In this document: positions 1 to 10,002 of the stretch, piece after piece
Numbering within the stretch: the first letter of the stretch is position 1
How the letters are laid out: each line of letters starts with the position of its first letter
IMG/VR virus record: IMGVR_UViG_3300012147_000001
Coordinates: 8,004-72,003 of that record
DNA from: a virus
Direction: 5' to 3' (one strand)
DNA length: 64,000 nucleotides
Notes under the pieces: generated by a model
The model's database searches: none
Seen by the model: the letters and a program-made list of their open reading frames with translations, nothing else
Told to the model about the DNA's origin: nothing
Program-made: the position numbers and the translations under genes

Positions 1-1
1 T

Positions 2-2092
2 AATAATCAATTTACTGAAAGTTTTGGTTTAATGAATGCACATGCTATATCAAGAAAAGTTGGTCTTAATAGTTCAGTACCCACTAATGCAAGCCAAGCA
101 GAACCAATAATAGATAGATTAGCTACTTTAACTGCATTACGTGTTACTGCTAAAGAATATCCAGCAGACATGAAAAGAGCAGTTACTGTGTTTGAAGAAG
201 AATTTACACGTAGTAGTGACCCAGAAGAAAATGGAATCATATTTACTTTAATGAATCATGTTGATTATAAAAAACGAGCATCAGAACAATTATTTAATAA
301 TAATCCAATGCTTGTTGAAAAAGGTTACATAAGAGAGATTTATAATCCTAATAAAAGTTTTAAAGTAGCTCCAACAGCAGACATCGAATTAATGGGTAAA
401 GATGGTTTTACTGCTGTAGGTACAGTAGGTAAAGATGCATCTGACCCTAATACAACTTCAATGACTATGTATGTGACTGATATGGGTGCATTAGCTCCTT
501 GGCAAGCTGGAGGTGTTTCTATCGCAGGTATGACTAATAAAGGTACTAAGTATTTTAATACTGTGGCTCAAACTACAATACCTAATTCACATAAAACAGC
601 AGTAAATGCTACAAATACTATGAAACAAAATAAATTAAAAGATGCTCAAAATATTTATAATGGAACAGCAAAAACACAAGCTAAAAATTCATTAGTACCT
701 TTGCTTGATGACCAAGGTAACGTAAGTGATTATAGATATGTGATGCAAGAAAAAACTAAAGATTTGTTAGATGTTAATATTCAATTAAGTGATGTATTAG
801 GTGCTATGGAAGGAAATATGAAATCTAAAGTGGCTGGTACTGAAATTAACAGTAAGTATGTGGAAGCTCTTGTAGAAGACTATAACACCAACTTTAAAAC
901 AGACCCTGAAAGATATGTGTTTGTTGGATTAAATTCTGACAGAGCAGACTTGGAAGAACTGTATAAAATGATGCCATCAGATATGAGAGCACAAATTAAA
1001 GCAGCAACAGGACAAGATGGTATTTTTGTAAAACAAGATATTGTTAAGTTAGTTTTTGGACAACGTAAGTTTAGTATTCCTCATTATTTTAGAGAAAAAC
1101 AACGTTTAAATGATTTAAATGGTAAGTTAGGTAATATGTATTTATCAAAAGTATATAGAACTCTTGGCTCACCTAAAGCAGCTCATATAGAACAAAGCTG
1201 GCAAGAAGTTATTTCATTTGTAAAAGACACTATTGTTGTAAAAAGCATAGTAACTTTATTAGCAAACATTGCTAGTAACAATGTGTTGTTATGGTCTATG
1301 GGTGTTGGATTTAAAGACATTCTTGTTCAACAAGAAAGAGCTGTTAAATTTGCTGAAAAGTATCAAGAAGATAAAGAAAAAATTGATGAAATTAGTAGAA
1401 ACATTGTTGTAAATCAAAACAAAAAAGGTAATAGAACAGCTTTAATAGCAAAGCTTCAAGCAGAAAAAACTAAATTAGAAGATGAATTAATAACTAATCC
1501 TGTACATGATTTAATTGAAGCAGGTGTTTATCAATCTATTATTGAAGATATAGATATGCTTGATGATGAATTTTCTTACTCAACTAAACTAGAAGATTGG
1601 TTAGAGCCTGTAACAAGTAAAATACCTAAACAACTTAAAACTGTTGGTAATACTGTATTAATAAATCAAGGTACTCCTCTTTATGAGTTACTAAGACGTA
1701 GTACACAGTTATCTGATTTTGCAGCTAGGTTTGCATTACATGAACACAACAAAAATAAAGGAATGGATGCTAAAGATTCAATTAACATGGTAGTAGATAC
1801 TTTTATTGATTACGATTTACCAACACATAAAGGTATTGAATATTTAAATAGTATGGGTGGTATTTTCTTTACTAAATTCTTTTTAAGAATACAAAAAGTA
1901 ATATTAAATACTTTAGTAAACTCACCAGCAAGGTTTATTGGATTATATGAATTACAAGATTTGTTTGGTGGTTTATCTGACATTACTGATTCTTTTATAC
2001 TTACTAAAGACATTGGTTTTATGTTTAAAGACCCGATTGAAGCTTTAAGTGGATATTTTGATACACACCCATTAATACAATTACTTAAATAA
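2..2092 (+). CDS. Virion-encapsidated RNA polymerase (N4 gp50-like), C-terminal portion; 5' truncated by window edge
   Basis: Frame is open back to position 2. C-terminus (FIDYDLP..EYLNSMG..FFTKFFLRIQK) resembles N4-like vRNAP ends. It converges on the middle genes, as in N4. Confidence 0.85.
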   Translation, partial: NNQFTESFGLMNAHAISRKVGLNSSVPTNASQAEPIIDRLATLTALRVTAKEYPADMKRAVTVFEEEFTRSSDPEENGIIFTLMNHVDYKKRASEQLFNNNPMLVEKGYIREIYNPNKSFKVAPTADIELMGKDGFTAVGTVGKDASDPNTTSMTMYVTDMGALAPWQAGGVSIAGMTNKGTKYFNTVAQTTIPNSHKTAVNATNTMKQNKLKDAQNIYNGTAKTQAKNSLVPLLDDQGNVSDYRYVMQEKTKDLLDVNIQLSDVLGAMEGNMKSKVAGTEINSKYVEALVEDYNTNFKTDPERYVFVGLNSDRADLEELYKMMPSDMRAQIKAATGQDGIFVKQDIVKLVFGQRKFSIPHYFREKQRLNDLNGKLGNMYLSKVYRTLGSPKAAHIEQSWQEVISFVKDTIVVKSIVTLLANIASNNVLLWSMGVGFKDILVQQERAVKFAEKYQEDKEKIDEISRNIVVNQNKKGNRTALIAKLQAEKTKLEDELITNPVHDLIEAGVYQSIIEDIDMLDDEFSYSTKLEDWLEPVTSKIPKQLKTVGNTVLINQGTPLYELLRRSTQLSDFAARFALHEHNKNKGMDAKDSINMVVDTFIDYDLPTHKGIEYLNSMGGIFFTKFFLRIQKVILNTLVNSPARFIGLYELQDLFGGLSDITDSFILTKDIGFMFKDPIEALSGYFDTHPLIQLLK

Positions 2093-2131
2093 AAAAACAC
2101 CCCCAAGCCGAAGCAAGGGGGTGTATATTTT
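2091..2131. terminator. Bidirectional intrinsic terminator between convergent gene blocks
   Basis: CACCCCC..GC-CGAA-GC..GGGGGTG stem, with an A tract on the left and a T-rich tract on the right. Confidence 0.85.
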
Positions 2132-2134
2132 TAG

Positions 2135-2368
2135 TTAAAGTTTTTGGTTTAGTTTTTCAGCTTCTTGAAGCTTTTCACGTAACCGCCAGACGTATTGCAT
2201 AGCATCACCAAGTTCATCAATAAGATGACTACACCATTCAACAGAATTAAGGTCTTCTCTGTCCATTGTGACACCATATTTATTAAATCCAAGGTGACTG
2301 CGACTATCAAAGTAATTTTTGATTTCGCTAGTTACCCGAACTTCTGGACATGTATTATTTTGGTTCAC
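2135..2368 (-). CDS. Small all-alpha NTP pyrophosphohydrolase-like (MazG-like) protein
   Basis: RSHLGFNKYG...EW..HL.DEL.DA.QY pattern recalled from phage MazG-like mini proteins. Confidence 0.5.
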   Translation of the reverse strand: MNQNNTCPEVRVTSEIKNYFDSRSHLGFNKYGVTMDREDLNSVEWCSHLIDELGDAMQYVWRLREKLQEAEKLNQKL

Positions 2369-2549
2369 TTATAATTTCCCTTAGTTTTAATTCATTGTAA
2401 TAAACAAAAAAACCAGCATTATACATAGCTAATCCATGTGAACCATCTTGACAAGATTCCCAGTGCTCACATCGTTTACTAATAAGGTCACATTTATCTT
2501 GAAGTTCTTGGTTTGACATTGCAATTGCTTCATTTTCTCTATTTGTCAT
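2355..2549 (-). CDS. Hypothetical protein
   Basis: ORF overlapping its neighbours in the minus-strand operon. Confidence 0.65.
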   Translation of the reverse strand: MTNRENEAIAMSNQELQDKCDLISKRCEHWESCQDGSHGLAMYNAGFFVYYNELKLREIISEPK

Positions 2550-2769
2550 GTTCTGTTCCTACTCTTTTTTTATATTCTGTCATAAACTGTGTATCAGCTC
2601 TTTGAGCTAATTCTATAGTTTGACCTCGACCTGTCATTATATTGGAACGACAAGCTACATAACCACCTTCAGGGTGTTTTTCAAAATGAATTGTTTGTCT
2701 GAATGTCCAATCAAATTGTTGATAGGGAGATAATTGATTCCATACGTTTACATGTATTGGATTAATCAT
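2539..2769 (-). CDS. Hypothetical protein
   Basis: AAGGT RBS upstream; operon packing. Confidence 0.7.
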   Translation of the reverse strand: MINPIHVNVWNQLSPYQQFDWTFRQTIHFEKHPEGGYVACRSNIMTGRGQTIELAQRADTQFMTEYKKRVGTEHDK

Positions 2770-2907
2770 AAAAATACCTTTAATAAAAACTCCTTACAGT
2801 TGACACTGTAAAGAGATAACTTCGGAGAAAGTTATTAAAAAATGCTTTTATTTAATACTGTAGGGAATCACCACAAAACCTACAAAATAAAAGCATTTAT
2901 TGATAAC

Positions 2908-3195
2908 TTACTTTATTTTATTCCATTCAGTCCAGTTAACAGCACCAAGACGTTGTGTACGATACAATGATTCAATAATTTCAATTCCATCAGATTCTTC
3001 AATAGTAGCAAGTTTTACCATACATTCAGCATGATACATGTGCATTCCTTGTGTAAACCAATAAAATGCTAAACAATTACAAGCAGCAACATCCATAGGA
3101 ATGTTTTTATGTTTACAACTATCTAAATGTTCTGGTGGATTCTCTTGAAAAGCTATTTTAACAACTTTGTTAAATAATTCTTGAGTAATAGTCAT
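2908..3195 (-). CDS. Hypothetical protein
   Basis: AAGGA RBS upstream. Confidence 0.7.
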   Translation of the reverse strand: MTITQELFNKVVKIAFQENPPEHLDSCKHKNIPMDVAACNCLAFYWFTQGMHMYHAECMVKLATIEESDGIEIIESLYRTQRLGAVNWTEWNKIK

Positions 3196-3220
3196 AATAT
3201 TCCTTAAATTAAAAAGCCCA

Positions 3221-3412
3221 TTACTGAGCTTTTTGTTTTTGTTCTTTAGACCAAGCTAAATATTGTTGAGTTATAATAGCAGCAAATAAAATAACACCAA
3301 CAACAACAGCTATAATGGCAATGATTGGCATAATTAAGGTTAGCGATATAGCTAATACCCCAATTACACAAATCATACTAAAGATACCAAGACCTTTAAA
3401 CCAGTTTAACAT
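3221..3412 (-). CDS. Small membrane protein
   Basis: Long hydrophobic stretch; TAATG stop/start coupling with the upstream gene. Confidence 0.7.
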   Translation of the reverse strand: MLNWFKGLGIFSMICVIGVLAISLTLIMPIIAIIAVVVGVILFAAIITQQYLAWSKEQKQKAQ

Positions 3413-3858
3413 TAATCAAAAATACCATTTTTTTCTGGCACTGGTACTAGTTCTGGTTCTGGTTCAAAAGATAATGCTGCTGCATTGTTTAAATTTACAG
3501 AATCGTCTTCTTCTTCTTCCAAATCAGGTTCAGATTCAATTTGTCCTAAATCGGATTCAGGAGTTTGTACTGGCATACAAACTTCTTCTTCATTAAAATC
3601 TTCTTCTGATTCACTAGTTTCTGGTAAATCATTAGACGATTGAACTGAACCTGACACCGTTGAATTAGCAATAATGCTAGGCTTTTCTTGAATATTAATT
3701 GTAGCTGTTACTTCTGGTACTGGTTTGTCAGCAGACTTACGCCCAACAATAACAGTTACATCAATTTCTCTGCCACCAACACACATGTTTAAATCAGTAG
3801 CAAGATATTGAATTAACGCTTTTTTAATAGCGTTAGTATTTAATGTCATAGTAATCAT
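3412..3858 (-). CDS. Hypothetical protein with acidic C-terminus (position of N4 gp47/48)
   Basis: Likely start MITM after AAGGA; follows the resolvase. Confidence 0.7.
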   Translation of the reverse strand: MITMTLNTNAIKKALIQYLATDLNMCVGGREIDVTVIVGRKSADKPVPEVTATINIQEKPSIIANSTVSGSVQSSNDLPETSESEEDFNEEEVCMPVQTPESDLGQIESEPDLEEEEDDSVNLNNAAALSFEPEPELVPVPEKNGIFD

Positions 3859-3868
3859 GGTTTTTCCT

Positions 3869-4441
3869 TTATATAAATAACATTGATTTTTTAAAAGTTT
3901 CAGATTTAACACCAGCAACAATAGCTGCAAGTGCGTCTGCACAGTGTTCGTTTTTATTTAACATTTTACCTCCACGCTTTAACCAATCAGCTTCAGGTAA
4001 CATTTTAGTAGCCCAATCAAGCATTTCTGCTTTAGTGGCTGTCTTAGTTTTACATGCTGCCATTTTAAGTTCAGTTGGAGATAGAATAAAAATAGGAACT
4101 TCGACCCAAGCAAATAATCCAACACAAATACCATAAGAAGCCATAGCTCTAGCAGTTTGAGAACCAACTGGCATTTCAACAAACACAAAATCAACGTCTT
4201 TTAACATACGCTTAAGAAAGTTTTTATGTAGTTTGGCTCTAGCCAAATCTTCTTCGTTTTTTCTTGATATTTTTGATTTGTTTGGAACAGTTTCTGATAG
4301 TTCCATGCTTAGATATTTGAAAGCTTCTACTCTACAACTATCACTTAAATTAAGTGTCAGTTGCATTTTAATAGCTCCAAAGTTAGATAATGAAGGGTCT
4401 AATCCCAAAACGGTGTAATGCTTAATTTTGGCTTTTTGCAT
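3869..4441 (-). CDS. RuvC-like Holliday junction resolvase (N4 gp46-like)
   Basis: VLGLDPSLSNFG, VFVEMP and EHCADALAA RNase H-fold motifs. Confidence 0.85.
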   Translation of the reverse strand: MQKAKIKHYTVLGLDPSLSNFGAIKMQLTLNLSDSCRVEAFKYLSMELSETVPNKSKISRKNEEDLARAKLHKNFLKRMLKDVDFVFVEMPVGSQTARAMASYGICVGLFAWVEVPIFILSPTELKMAACKTKTATKAEMLDWATKMLPEADWLKRGGKMLNKNEHCADALAAIVAGVKSETFKKSMLFI

Positions 4442-4452
4442 ATTACTCTAAT

Positions 4453-4477
4453 AAAAATGGGAACATTAAGTTCCCAT
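4453..4477 (-). terminator. Intrinsic terminator after SSB
   Basis: ATGGGAAC/GTTCCCAT stem with a T tract on the minus strand. Confidence 0.7.
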
Positions 4478-4506
4478 ATTAGTTAATATAATTGACCAAA
4501 TCAAGC

Positions 4507-5295
4507 TTAATGGTTAGGTTCGTTGTCTTTACTACCAAATAAACTTTCAGTTGGTTGATGACCTTGACCGCCAGCAGATTTAGCTTCACCAGCAAAAGGA
4601 CTAGCACCAGTTTTAGGAGCGTTAGGAAGTTCTTTATAGTTGTCTTGAACTTGACCTTGGTTTTTATTAATCCATTTTTTAATAAAAGCAGCTTCACTTG
4701 GAGAATCAGCAGTATGTGCTTTAATTTCTGTTTTGGTTTTTGAAGTTTCAAAATCAAAATATTTATTAACTTCATTAAAAACACGTTCTTCATTAGTTTT
4801 AACGTAATTAGAACCTTGTTTAACAGTTTTGTTTTCACGAATTTTAAGCAAACCAACTTTAACTTGCTTGCCACGAAGCTCAGGATAAACTGTAACAGAT
4901 GTTGGTACTTCTTTTTGAAGTATTCCATCATACAATTTAATAGTAGCTTCTTGTGAGTCTAATTGAGTAAGACTCTTGTTTAATAACAGGTCAACCATAA
5001 AGTCTACATGCGAAAATCCAGGTAATGGGAATTTTTTACCCTCTTTTTCGTAGTATGGTTTATTACCTTTAGTATCACCTGATGTAATGTACTGTCGGTC
5101 AGTGTGCTTACGACCGTCTTTATCTACCAATACTGTCATAAAACCAAGAGCACCACTTTTTGATTTAAGTGTATAAGCAAGTTCTATACGATAATCGTAA
5201 ACATTACTGTCTACAGCACCTGTACCACCAAGAACATCTCTTTCTTCAGTAGTTTCTGTTCCAGCCATTTCTTGTTGTAAATTTGATAAGGACAT
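4507..5295 (-). CDS. ssb: Single-stranded DNA-binding protein (N4 gp45-like)
   Basis: DVLGG, YITSG..KGNKPYYEKEGKKFPLPGF and near-terminal SLFG motifs; synteny. Confidence 0.88.
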   Translation of the reverse strand: MSLSNLQQEMAGTETTEERDVLGGTGAVDSNVYDYRIELAYTLKSKSGALGFMTVLVDKDGRKHTDRQYITSGDTKGNKPYYEKEGKKFPLPGFSHVDFMVDLLLNKSLTQLDSQEATIKLYDGILQKEVPTSVTVYPELRGKQVKVGLLKIRENKTVKQGSNYVKTNEERVFNEVNKYFDFETSKTKTEIKAHTADSPSEAAFIKKWINKNQGQVQDNYKELPNAPKTGASPFAGEAKSAGGQGHQPTESLFGSKDNEPNH

Positions 5296-5327
5296 TTTAT
5301 GTCTCCGTTGTTTTTAATTTTTAATTC

Positions 5328-5350
5328 AAATAAACCCTACGAAGTAGGGT
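5328..5350 (-). terminator. Hairpin ACCCTAC-GAA-GTAGGGT, probable terminator
   Basis: Perfect 7-bp stem right after the stop codon, followed by T-rich sequence on the minus strand. Confidence 0.65.
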
Positions 5351-5351
5351 A

Positions 5352-6080
5352 TTAAGGTTTGTAGTATTCTTCTAATCTGTCAAACACTAACTGCAAGTCA
5401 TTATCTACGTAGATTTGGTTTCTATTCCACATAGCTAAAGGTGCTCTCATACGCTCATTTACAGTTTCTTTAGTTAAACGAGTTTGAAAGCAGTGCTTAA
5501 ATCCTTCTAATTGGTCGTCTTCAGTAATATTTAATTGAGGACTTTTTTGACTAAGTGATTCAAGTTTAGATACATTAACTCGTTTAGTACTAATAACATT
5601 TGAAAAGTAAGATTCAATACCTTGAGCCATAAGAGAACCTTTAACTTTAACTAAAGTTTCAGTTACCATTTCACCTTCATTAAAAATGTCAGCAGTGTGA
5701 GCTAATATAGCAATTTTTTTATTAGTCTTAGCAACATACTGTTGCATAAGTCTTTTCCAAAATTGAGCATAATCACCCCAAGCAGAACGACCATCGGTAG
5801 CAGTAATAACATAAGTTGATTCATACATGTCCATTAAAAAAGTAGCAGTATCAATAATAATACCGTCAAACTTATCTGCATTTTGGTTCATGTAGTCAAA
5901 CGCTTCGTATACTTGCAATGGGTCAGTAATATTGAAAGATTTAAATGTGTTTTTAAATGGCAAAGCTTTGTTGTTTTCGCAATTAAGATACATCCAACGT
6001 TCTTGGTTTTTTAAATTACGGAGACACATGCTTTTGCCAGTGCCAGTTTTACCTGACACCAAGACAAAATTATTATTCAA
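5352..6080 (-). CDS. AAA (Sak4-like) ATPase (N4 gp44-like)
   Basis: Walker A GKTGTGKS, Walker B IIIDT; lies between primase and SSB. Confidence 0.85.
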   Translation of the reverse strand: MNNNFVLVSGKTGTGKSMCLRNLKNQERWMYLNCENNKALPFKNTFKSFNITDPLQVYEAFDYMNQNADKFDGIIIDTATFLMDMYESTYVITATDGRSAWGDYAQFWKRLMQQYVAKTNKKIAILAHTADIFNEGEMVTETLVKVKGSLMAQGIESYFSNVISTKRVNVSKLESLSQKSPQLNITEDDQLEGFKHCFQTRLTKETVNERMRAPLAMWNRNQIYVDNDLQLVFDRLEEYYKP

Positions 6081-8251
6081 GTTATATTTCCTCTTTTTAA
6101 AATAGCTTTAGTTGCTGATGAAAGAATAGTAGATGCTAATTCACTTTCAGTTAAACCATTAGGTAGTTTAGAGTTAAGTTGTTTAACAGCACTTTGTACT
6201 TCATCATAAGACTTATTAGCGTCTACAAGCATTAAAGCATATTTGATTAATTGATTACTTCGATTACCTTCACCAGTGTTATGAACAAACCAACGTTCTA
6301 CATTTGAAAGATTTTGTAAATCTGTCATTTGAGCTTTAAGTTGTTCACTTTTGCTTGTTTTAGGAATAAACAACAAAGCATTTAACATCTCACCATTGAG
6401 ATTTTTATAAATGTTTTTATCGTTAGTTAACCATTTACGAGATGGTTGAAAAGTTGTTTCATCAGTTGTTATTGGCAACCAAGAAGATACATTTAACATA
6501 AATTGTCTATATTCTTCTTTAGTAAGCTTTAACGTATGACTAAGAGGTAATATTATTCTAAAACGGTCTTCGCCATTTTTTTCACCTTCAACTAAACCAT
6601 GACTTTTAGTGGTATATAAATAATACTTAAAGTCAGATAAAAACACTTTAGTTTCATCTAACGTAGCAGTACCGTCTACATCTAACACAACAAGATTAAA
6701 ACCTTGGATTACAGATTCATCATTGCGATAGTTTTTATGCATGTGATGATTAACCCAATTATATGCTGGCATGTTAAACAACATATCTAGTTTATTAAAA
6801 GCAGCAAACTCTGGTTTATAGTTTTCTGCAAAATCCTGACTGTGAGCTAATATCATTTTAGTTAAGTCAGTGACTTGAAGCTTTTCACCTTTAAAAAATT
6901 CAATACCATCGTTAAATTGACGCTTAATGATTATATTGTTTTTGTAACCCCATGCTGTAGCTAAAGTAACAATCTCTTGTTTTTGGCTTATTGAGCCACG
7001 ATAAAAGGGTAAATCTTCTACAAGGTCAACATTTGTAACTTCATGAGTAACATTTGAAATATACTTAGCAAGTTTTACGTAATTGCGGTCACGAGTAAGT
7101 ATTTTAGCAAATTCAACACCTGATTCTTCTGCTCGTTTAAGTGCAGGTAATAAGTGCTTCATAAGAATTTGATAAGAACCGTCAGCAAAAGCATAACCAC
7201 CTGCTAATTTCATAGCTTTAAAATATCGGTGACTAATTTCTGCTTTAAGTATTTCATCATGTTCAGAAAGCTTGTCAGCTTTTTGTTCACACATCATGCG
7301 ATACTTAATCCACTCAAGAGCAACATCTTTATCCATGACTAACTCAGCGTTAAAGTGAGTAATATCAGCCATACGCTCAAAAGAAGCAGCAAGCTTGTGT
7401 AAACCTGTAGCTGAAACTGCATTAGTGGCAGCAATGTAAGCTTCTTCTGGTGTCATATCTACACGCTTATTAGTGCGAGCAGTATACGAAAATAAACATC
7501 TACGAGCATAACCAGTTTCAAACATAGACATTAATTCTTCTTCAACTTTACTACCATTTAGTAATTTAGTTGGAGTACCTAAAAGCATAAGATTGGTGGG
7601 AGTTTTACCTTCTATTTCTTCACCACGAATATTTTCATTAGTGTTTTTTGTAAGTTTTGGTTTAATTTTACCTACATCAAACAACTCTAGAAAAGCTGCT
7701 AAAACTTCTTGGTTACTTAATAAATTAGAACCAATTTCATCAATTTCCATGCTTACAGCACCAGCACCACACATCAATAGTTTTTGACGCATTTGTTTTA
7801 CTGCTGGAGTAGTAGCACTATCAAAATTAAATACAAACGTACCTAAACGTTCAAACTCAGCGTTAATTAACTTAAGTTCATCATCTGGGTCACGACCTTT
7901 TTTCTTAGCACGAATTGCTGCTAGTTTTGCCAAGTTTACTTCTGCAATTTCTGGTAAAACATCTTCAATAAACCTTGTTCTAAATCCTTTCATAACGGAT
8001 TCTTCTATGATGTTTGTTGAGTGACCTTTACCAGTTCCTGACGGTGCAAGTGCTATTGCATACATGTTGACAGGTATAAGACCTCTATCATGCGTTTTGA
8101 TATTTATACGCATAACAGAAGCCATTTTACACAGGTTATAATCAACTAATGTACGAAAGAATGATGCACTTGTACTTTGGGTTTTTTCACAAAGAAATGT
8201 AACTAAATCCTCTGCTTGCTTGAAGTATGGCTCTTTGTTTAAATCAGCCAT
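6077..8251 (-). CDS. DNA primase / P-loop fusion (N4 gp43-like)
   Basis: APSGTGKG P-loop, LDVDG, YTTKSH, RFRIILP primase-polymerase motifs and C-terminal GNRSNQL. Confidence 0.87.
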   Translation of the reverse strand: MADLNKEPYFKQAEDLVTFLCEKTQSTSASFFRTLVDYNLCKMASVMRINIKTHDRGLIPVNMYAIALAPSGTGKGHSTNIIEESVMKGFRTRFIEDVLPEIAEVNLAKLAAIRAKKKGRDPDDELKLINAEFERLGTFVFNFDSATTPAVKQMRQKLLMCGAGAVSMEIDEIGSNLLSNQEVLAAFLELFDVGKIKPKLTKNTNENIRGEEIEGKTPTNLMLLGTPTKLLNGSKVEEELMSMFETGYARRCLFSYTARTNKRVDMTPEEAYIAATNAVSATGLHKLAASFERMADITHFNAELVMDKDVALEWIKYRMMCEQKADKLSEHDEILKAEISHRYFKAMKLAGGYAFADGSYQILMKHLLPALKRAEESGVEFAKILTRDRNYVKLAKYISNVTHEVTNVDLVEDLPFYRGSISQKQEIVTLATAWGYKNNIIIKRQFNDGIEFFKGEKLQVTDLTKMILAHSQDFAENYKPEFAAFNKLDMLFNMPAYNWVNHHMHKNYRNDESVIQGFNLVVLDVDGTATLDETKVFLSDFKYYLYTTKSHGLVEGEKNGEDRFRIILPLSHTLKLTKEEYRQFMLNVSSWLPITTDETTFQPSRKWLTNDKNIYKNLNGEMLNALLFIPKTSKSEQLKAQMTDLQNLSNVERWFVHNTGEGNRSNQLIKYALMLVDANKSYDEVQSAVKQLNSKLPNGLTESELASTILSSATKAILKRGNIT

Positions 8252-8308
8252 AGCTGTCCTCTTTTGATTGGTGGAACTTATTAATATAACTTTTTAAATG
8301 GGGTTTAG

Positions 8309-8797
8309 CTATTTTTTATTAAAACTTTCAGCAGTTCTTTTATAGCTAGTAAGACTTTTGTTTAAATTAAAAATAGCATTTAAAATATTGGGAATATCTG
8401 CTTGTTTATTAACTGAAAAGCGAATAGTTTCACCAACATGATTAGAAATTAATAAAGGTACATCTACGTCTTTATTAGTGGAATTACTCTTAAAATCATT
8501 ATACTGTCTAAAAAAGTCTTGTATTATCTTAGACTGAGAATGAGTAAACTTTGTTAAGTCTCTTCCACGAGAATCTATTACTTTTAATTCAGTTGGAGTA
8601 ATTAAAGAATTTGCAAACTCTCTTTCAGATATATTTCTACGCAACTCGTTTGAAATTTTAGATACTTTAAGAATTTTTAATCTTTCACGTTCGTCATATT
8701 GACGAAATAAAACAATAAACATTATTATTAAAGCAATAAAACCAACAACCATTAAAATTTTTTCCATGACTTTCTCCTTATAACTCAAGTTGTCCAC
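8309..8797 (-). CDS. Hypothetical protein with N-terminal transmembrane helix
   Basis: ILMVVGFIALIIMFIVLF hydrophobic segment. Confidence 0.65.
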   Translation of the reverse strand: MDNLSYKEKVMEKILMVVGFIALIIMFIVLFRQYDERERLKILKVSKISNELRRNISEREFANSLITPTELKVIDSRGRDLTKFTHSQSKIIQDFFRQYNDFKSNSTNKDVDVPLLISNHVGETIRFSVNKQADIPNILNAIFNLNKSLTSYKRTAESFNKK

Positions 8798-9776
8798 TTA
8801 AAATTAAGCGGTCTTTTTGTTTACACAAAGGTGCAGCTTTACAATACTTACAAGCTTTCACTTTGCCAAGTACTGTTTTAACTATTCCTTTGTTTCCGTC
8901 TTTTGCTAACCGAAGGTTAGCTTCAGTGATGTTATCAAAGTTTTTTGTAGCACGAGCTGTTTTAGCTGGGTTTGCGTAATATTTCCACACATCAGCATCT
9001 TTCCATAATTCTTCTGAAGTACATTCAGGAAGTTGGTGTTCAGGTGCTTTACGATACAATTCTATTTCATTAAAACGGTTATCAATAAATTGCTTAGTTT
9101 TAAATTCACTCATTAATGGAAAAAATTTACTATCAATAGCGGTAGCAGGATAATCAGTACCTACTCTAGAAGCCATCCAATCACCAAACAAAAAAGATAT
9201 TCTAGTAGTATCTTCTAGTATTTGGTCAGGAAATAAAAATCTATAACAACTACCTTGTTTAATGTAGTAATCGTCATTAACTCCTGATGTTATTGCATAA
9301 GTTTTAGTAAATTTAAAATCTTCTAATTGACCATCAAAATTAAAATCATATTGTCCTGTAAGACTGTACTTATTATTAATTTTTACTGTTCGTCTTTGTT
9401 CCATATAAAGTTTAAAAGTATCATTTAAAACTTCTTCTGGAGCTGGGTTAATTTGTATTTCTTTACCCACTTTAAGAGGAATACCAATATTCACTAATAA
9501 CTCAGGTAAAGCATTCGAGTTCCAAGCATCTTCAATAGCTTGGTGAACAGATTGACCTACTCTTGCATTAAACAAGCTAATAATATCAGGTTGAGTTTGT
9601 TGGTTTGGAGGAAGAAGCATAGCTCTTCTACCTAAAATAATCTGTCTTACTGGTTTAATTATTTCAGTAACAGAAAAAGTATAAGGGTCAGATACAGCAG
9701 AGTGGTTATAACCATCATGCAAAAGCCAAGCAGCAAGTGAAAGTGGTAAATTAAAGTTGTTAGTGTATTTATTCAT
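8778..9776 (-). CDS. PD-(D/E)XK Cas4-like exonuclease (N4 gp42-like)
   Basis: GQYD...EDFK nuclease motif; C-terminal C..C.....C; YTN...LPLSLA.WL N-terminus. Confidence 0.82.
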   Translation of the reverse strand: MNKYTNNFNLPLSLAAWLLHDGYNHSAVSDPYTFSVTEIIKPVRQIILGRRAMLLPPNQQTQPDIISLFNARVGQSVHQAIEDAWNSNALPELLVNIGIPLKVGKEIQINPAPEEVLNDTFKLYMEQRRTVKINNKYSLTGQYDFNFDGQLEDFKFTKTYAITSGVNDDYYIKQGSCYRFLFPDQILEDTTRISFLFGDWMASRVGTDYPATAIDSKFFPLMSEFKTKQFIDNRFNEIELYRKAPEHQLPECTSEELWKDADVWKYYANPAKTARATKNFDNITEANLRLAKDGNKGIVKTVLGKVKACKYCKAAPLCKQKDRLILSGQLEL

Positions 9777-9984
9777 TTGGTTTTCCTAGAATTACAATAG
9801 GTTTTTGTGGTTTACGAAGTGTAACTAGTCTTAAACAAATTATTGCAATCCAAAATGCAATAATATCTGCAAAACCAATCATTAAAGACAATTCAAACAT
9901 TTCATCTATACAAATAATGAATGCTATTGGTATACAAATTATTGCAATACAAATAACAAGTATTCTAGATAAAATATCTAGCAT
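9769..9984 (-). CDS. Small membrane protein
   Basis: Two hydrophobic helices. Confidence 0.65.
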   Translation of the reverse strand: MLDILSRILVICIAIICIPIAFIICIDEMFELSLMIGFADIIAFWIAIICLRLVTLRKPQKPIVILGKPNE

Positions 9985-10002
9985 AAAATTTTACTCCAAA
10001 GT

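Noticed and set aside
2135-2368. 2-aminoadenine (Z-genome) pathway
   Set aside because: No purZ or datZ recognised in the window
8778-9776. Cas4 as evidence of a CRISPR system
   Set aside because: It is the syntenic N4 gp42-like exonuclease
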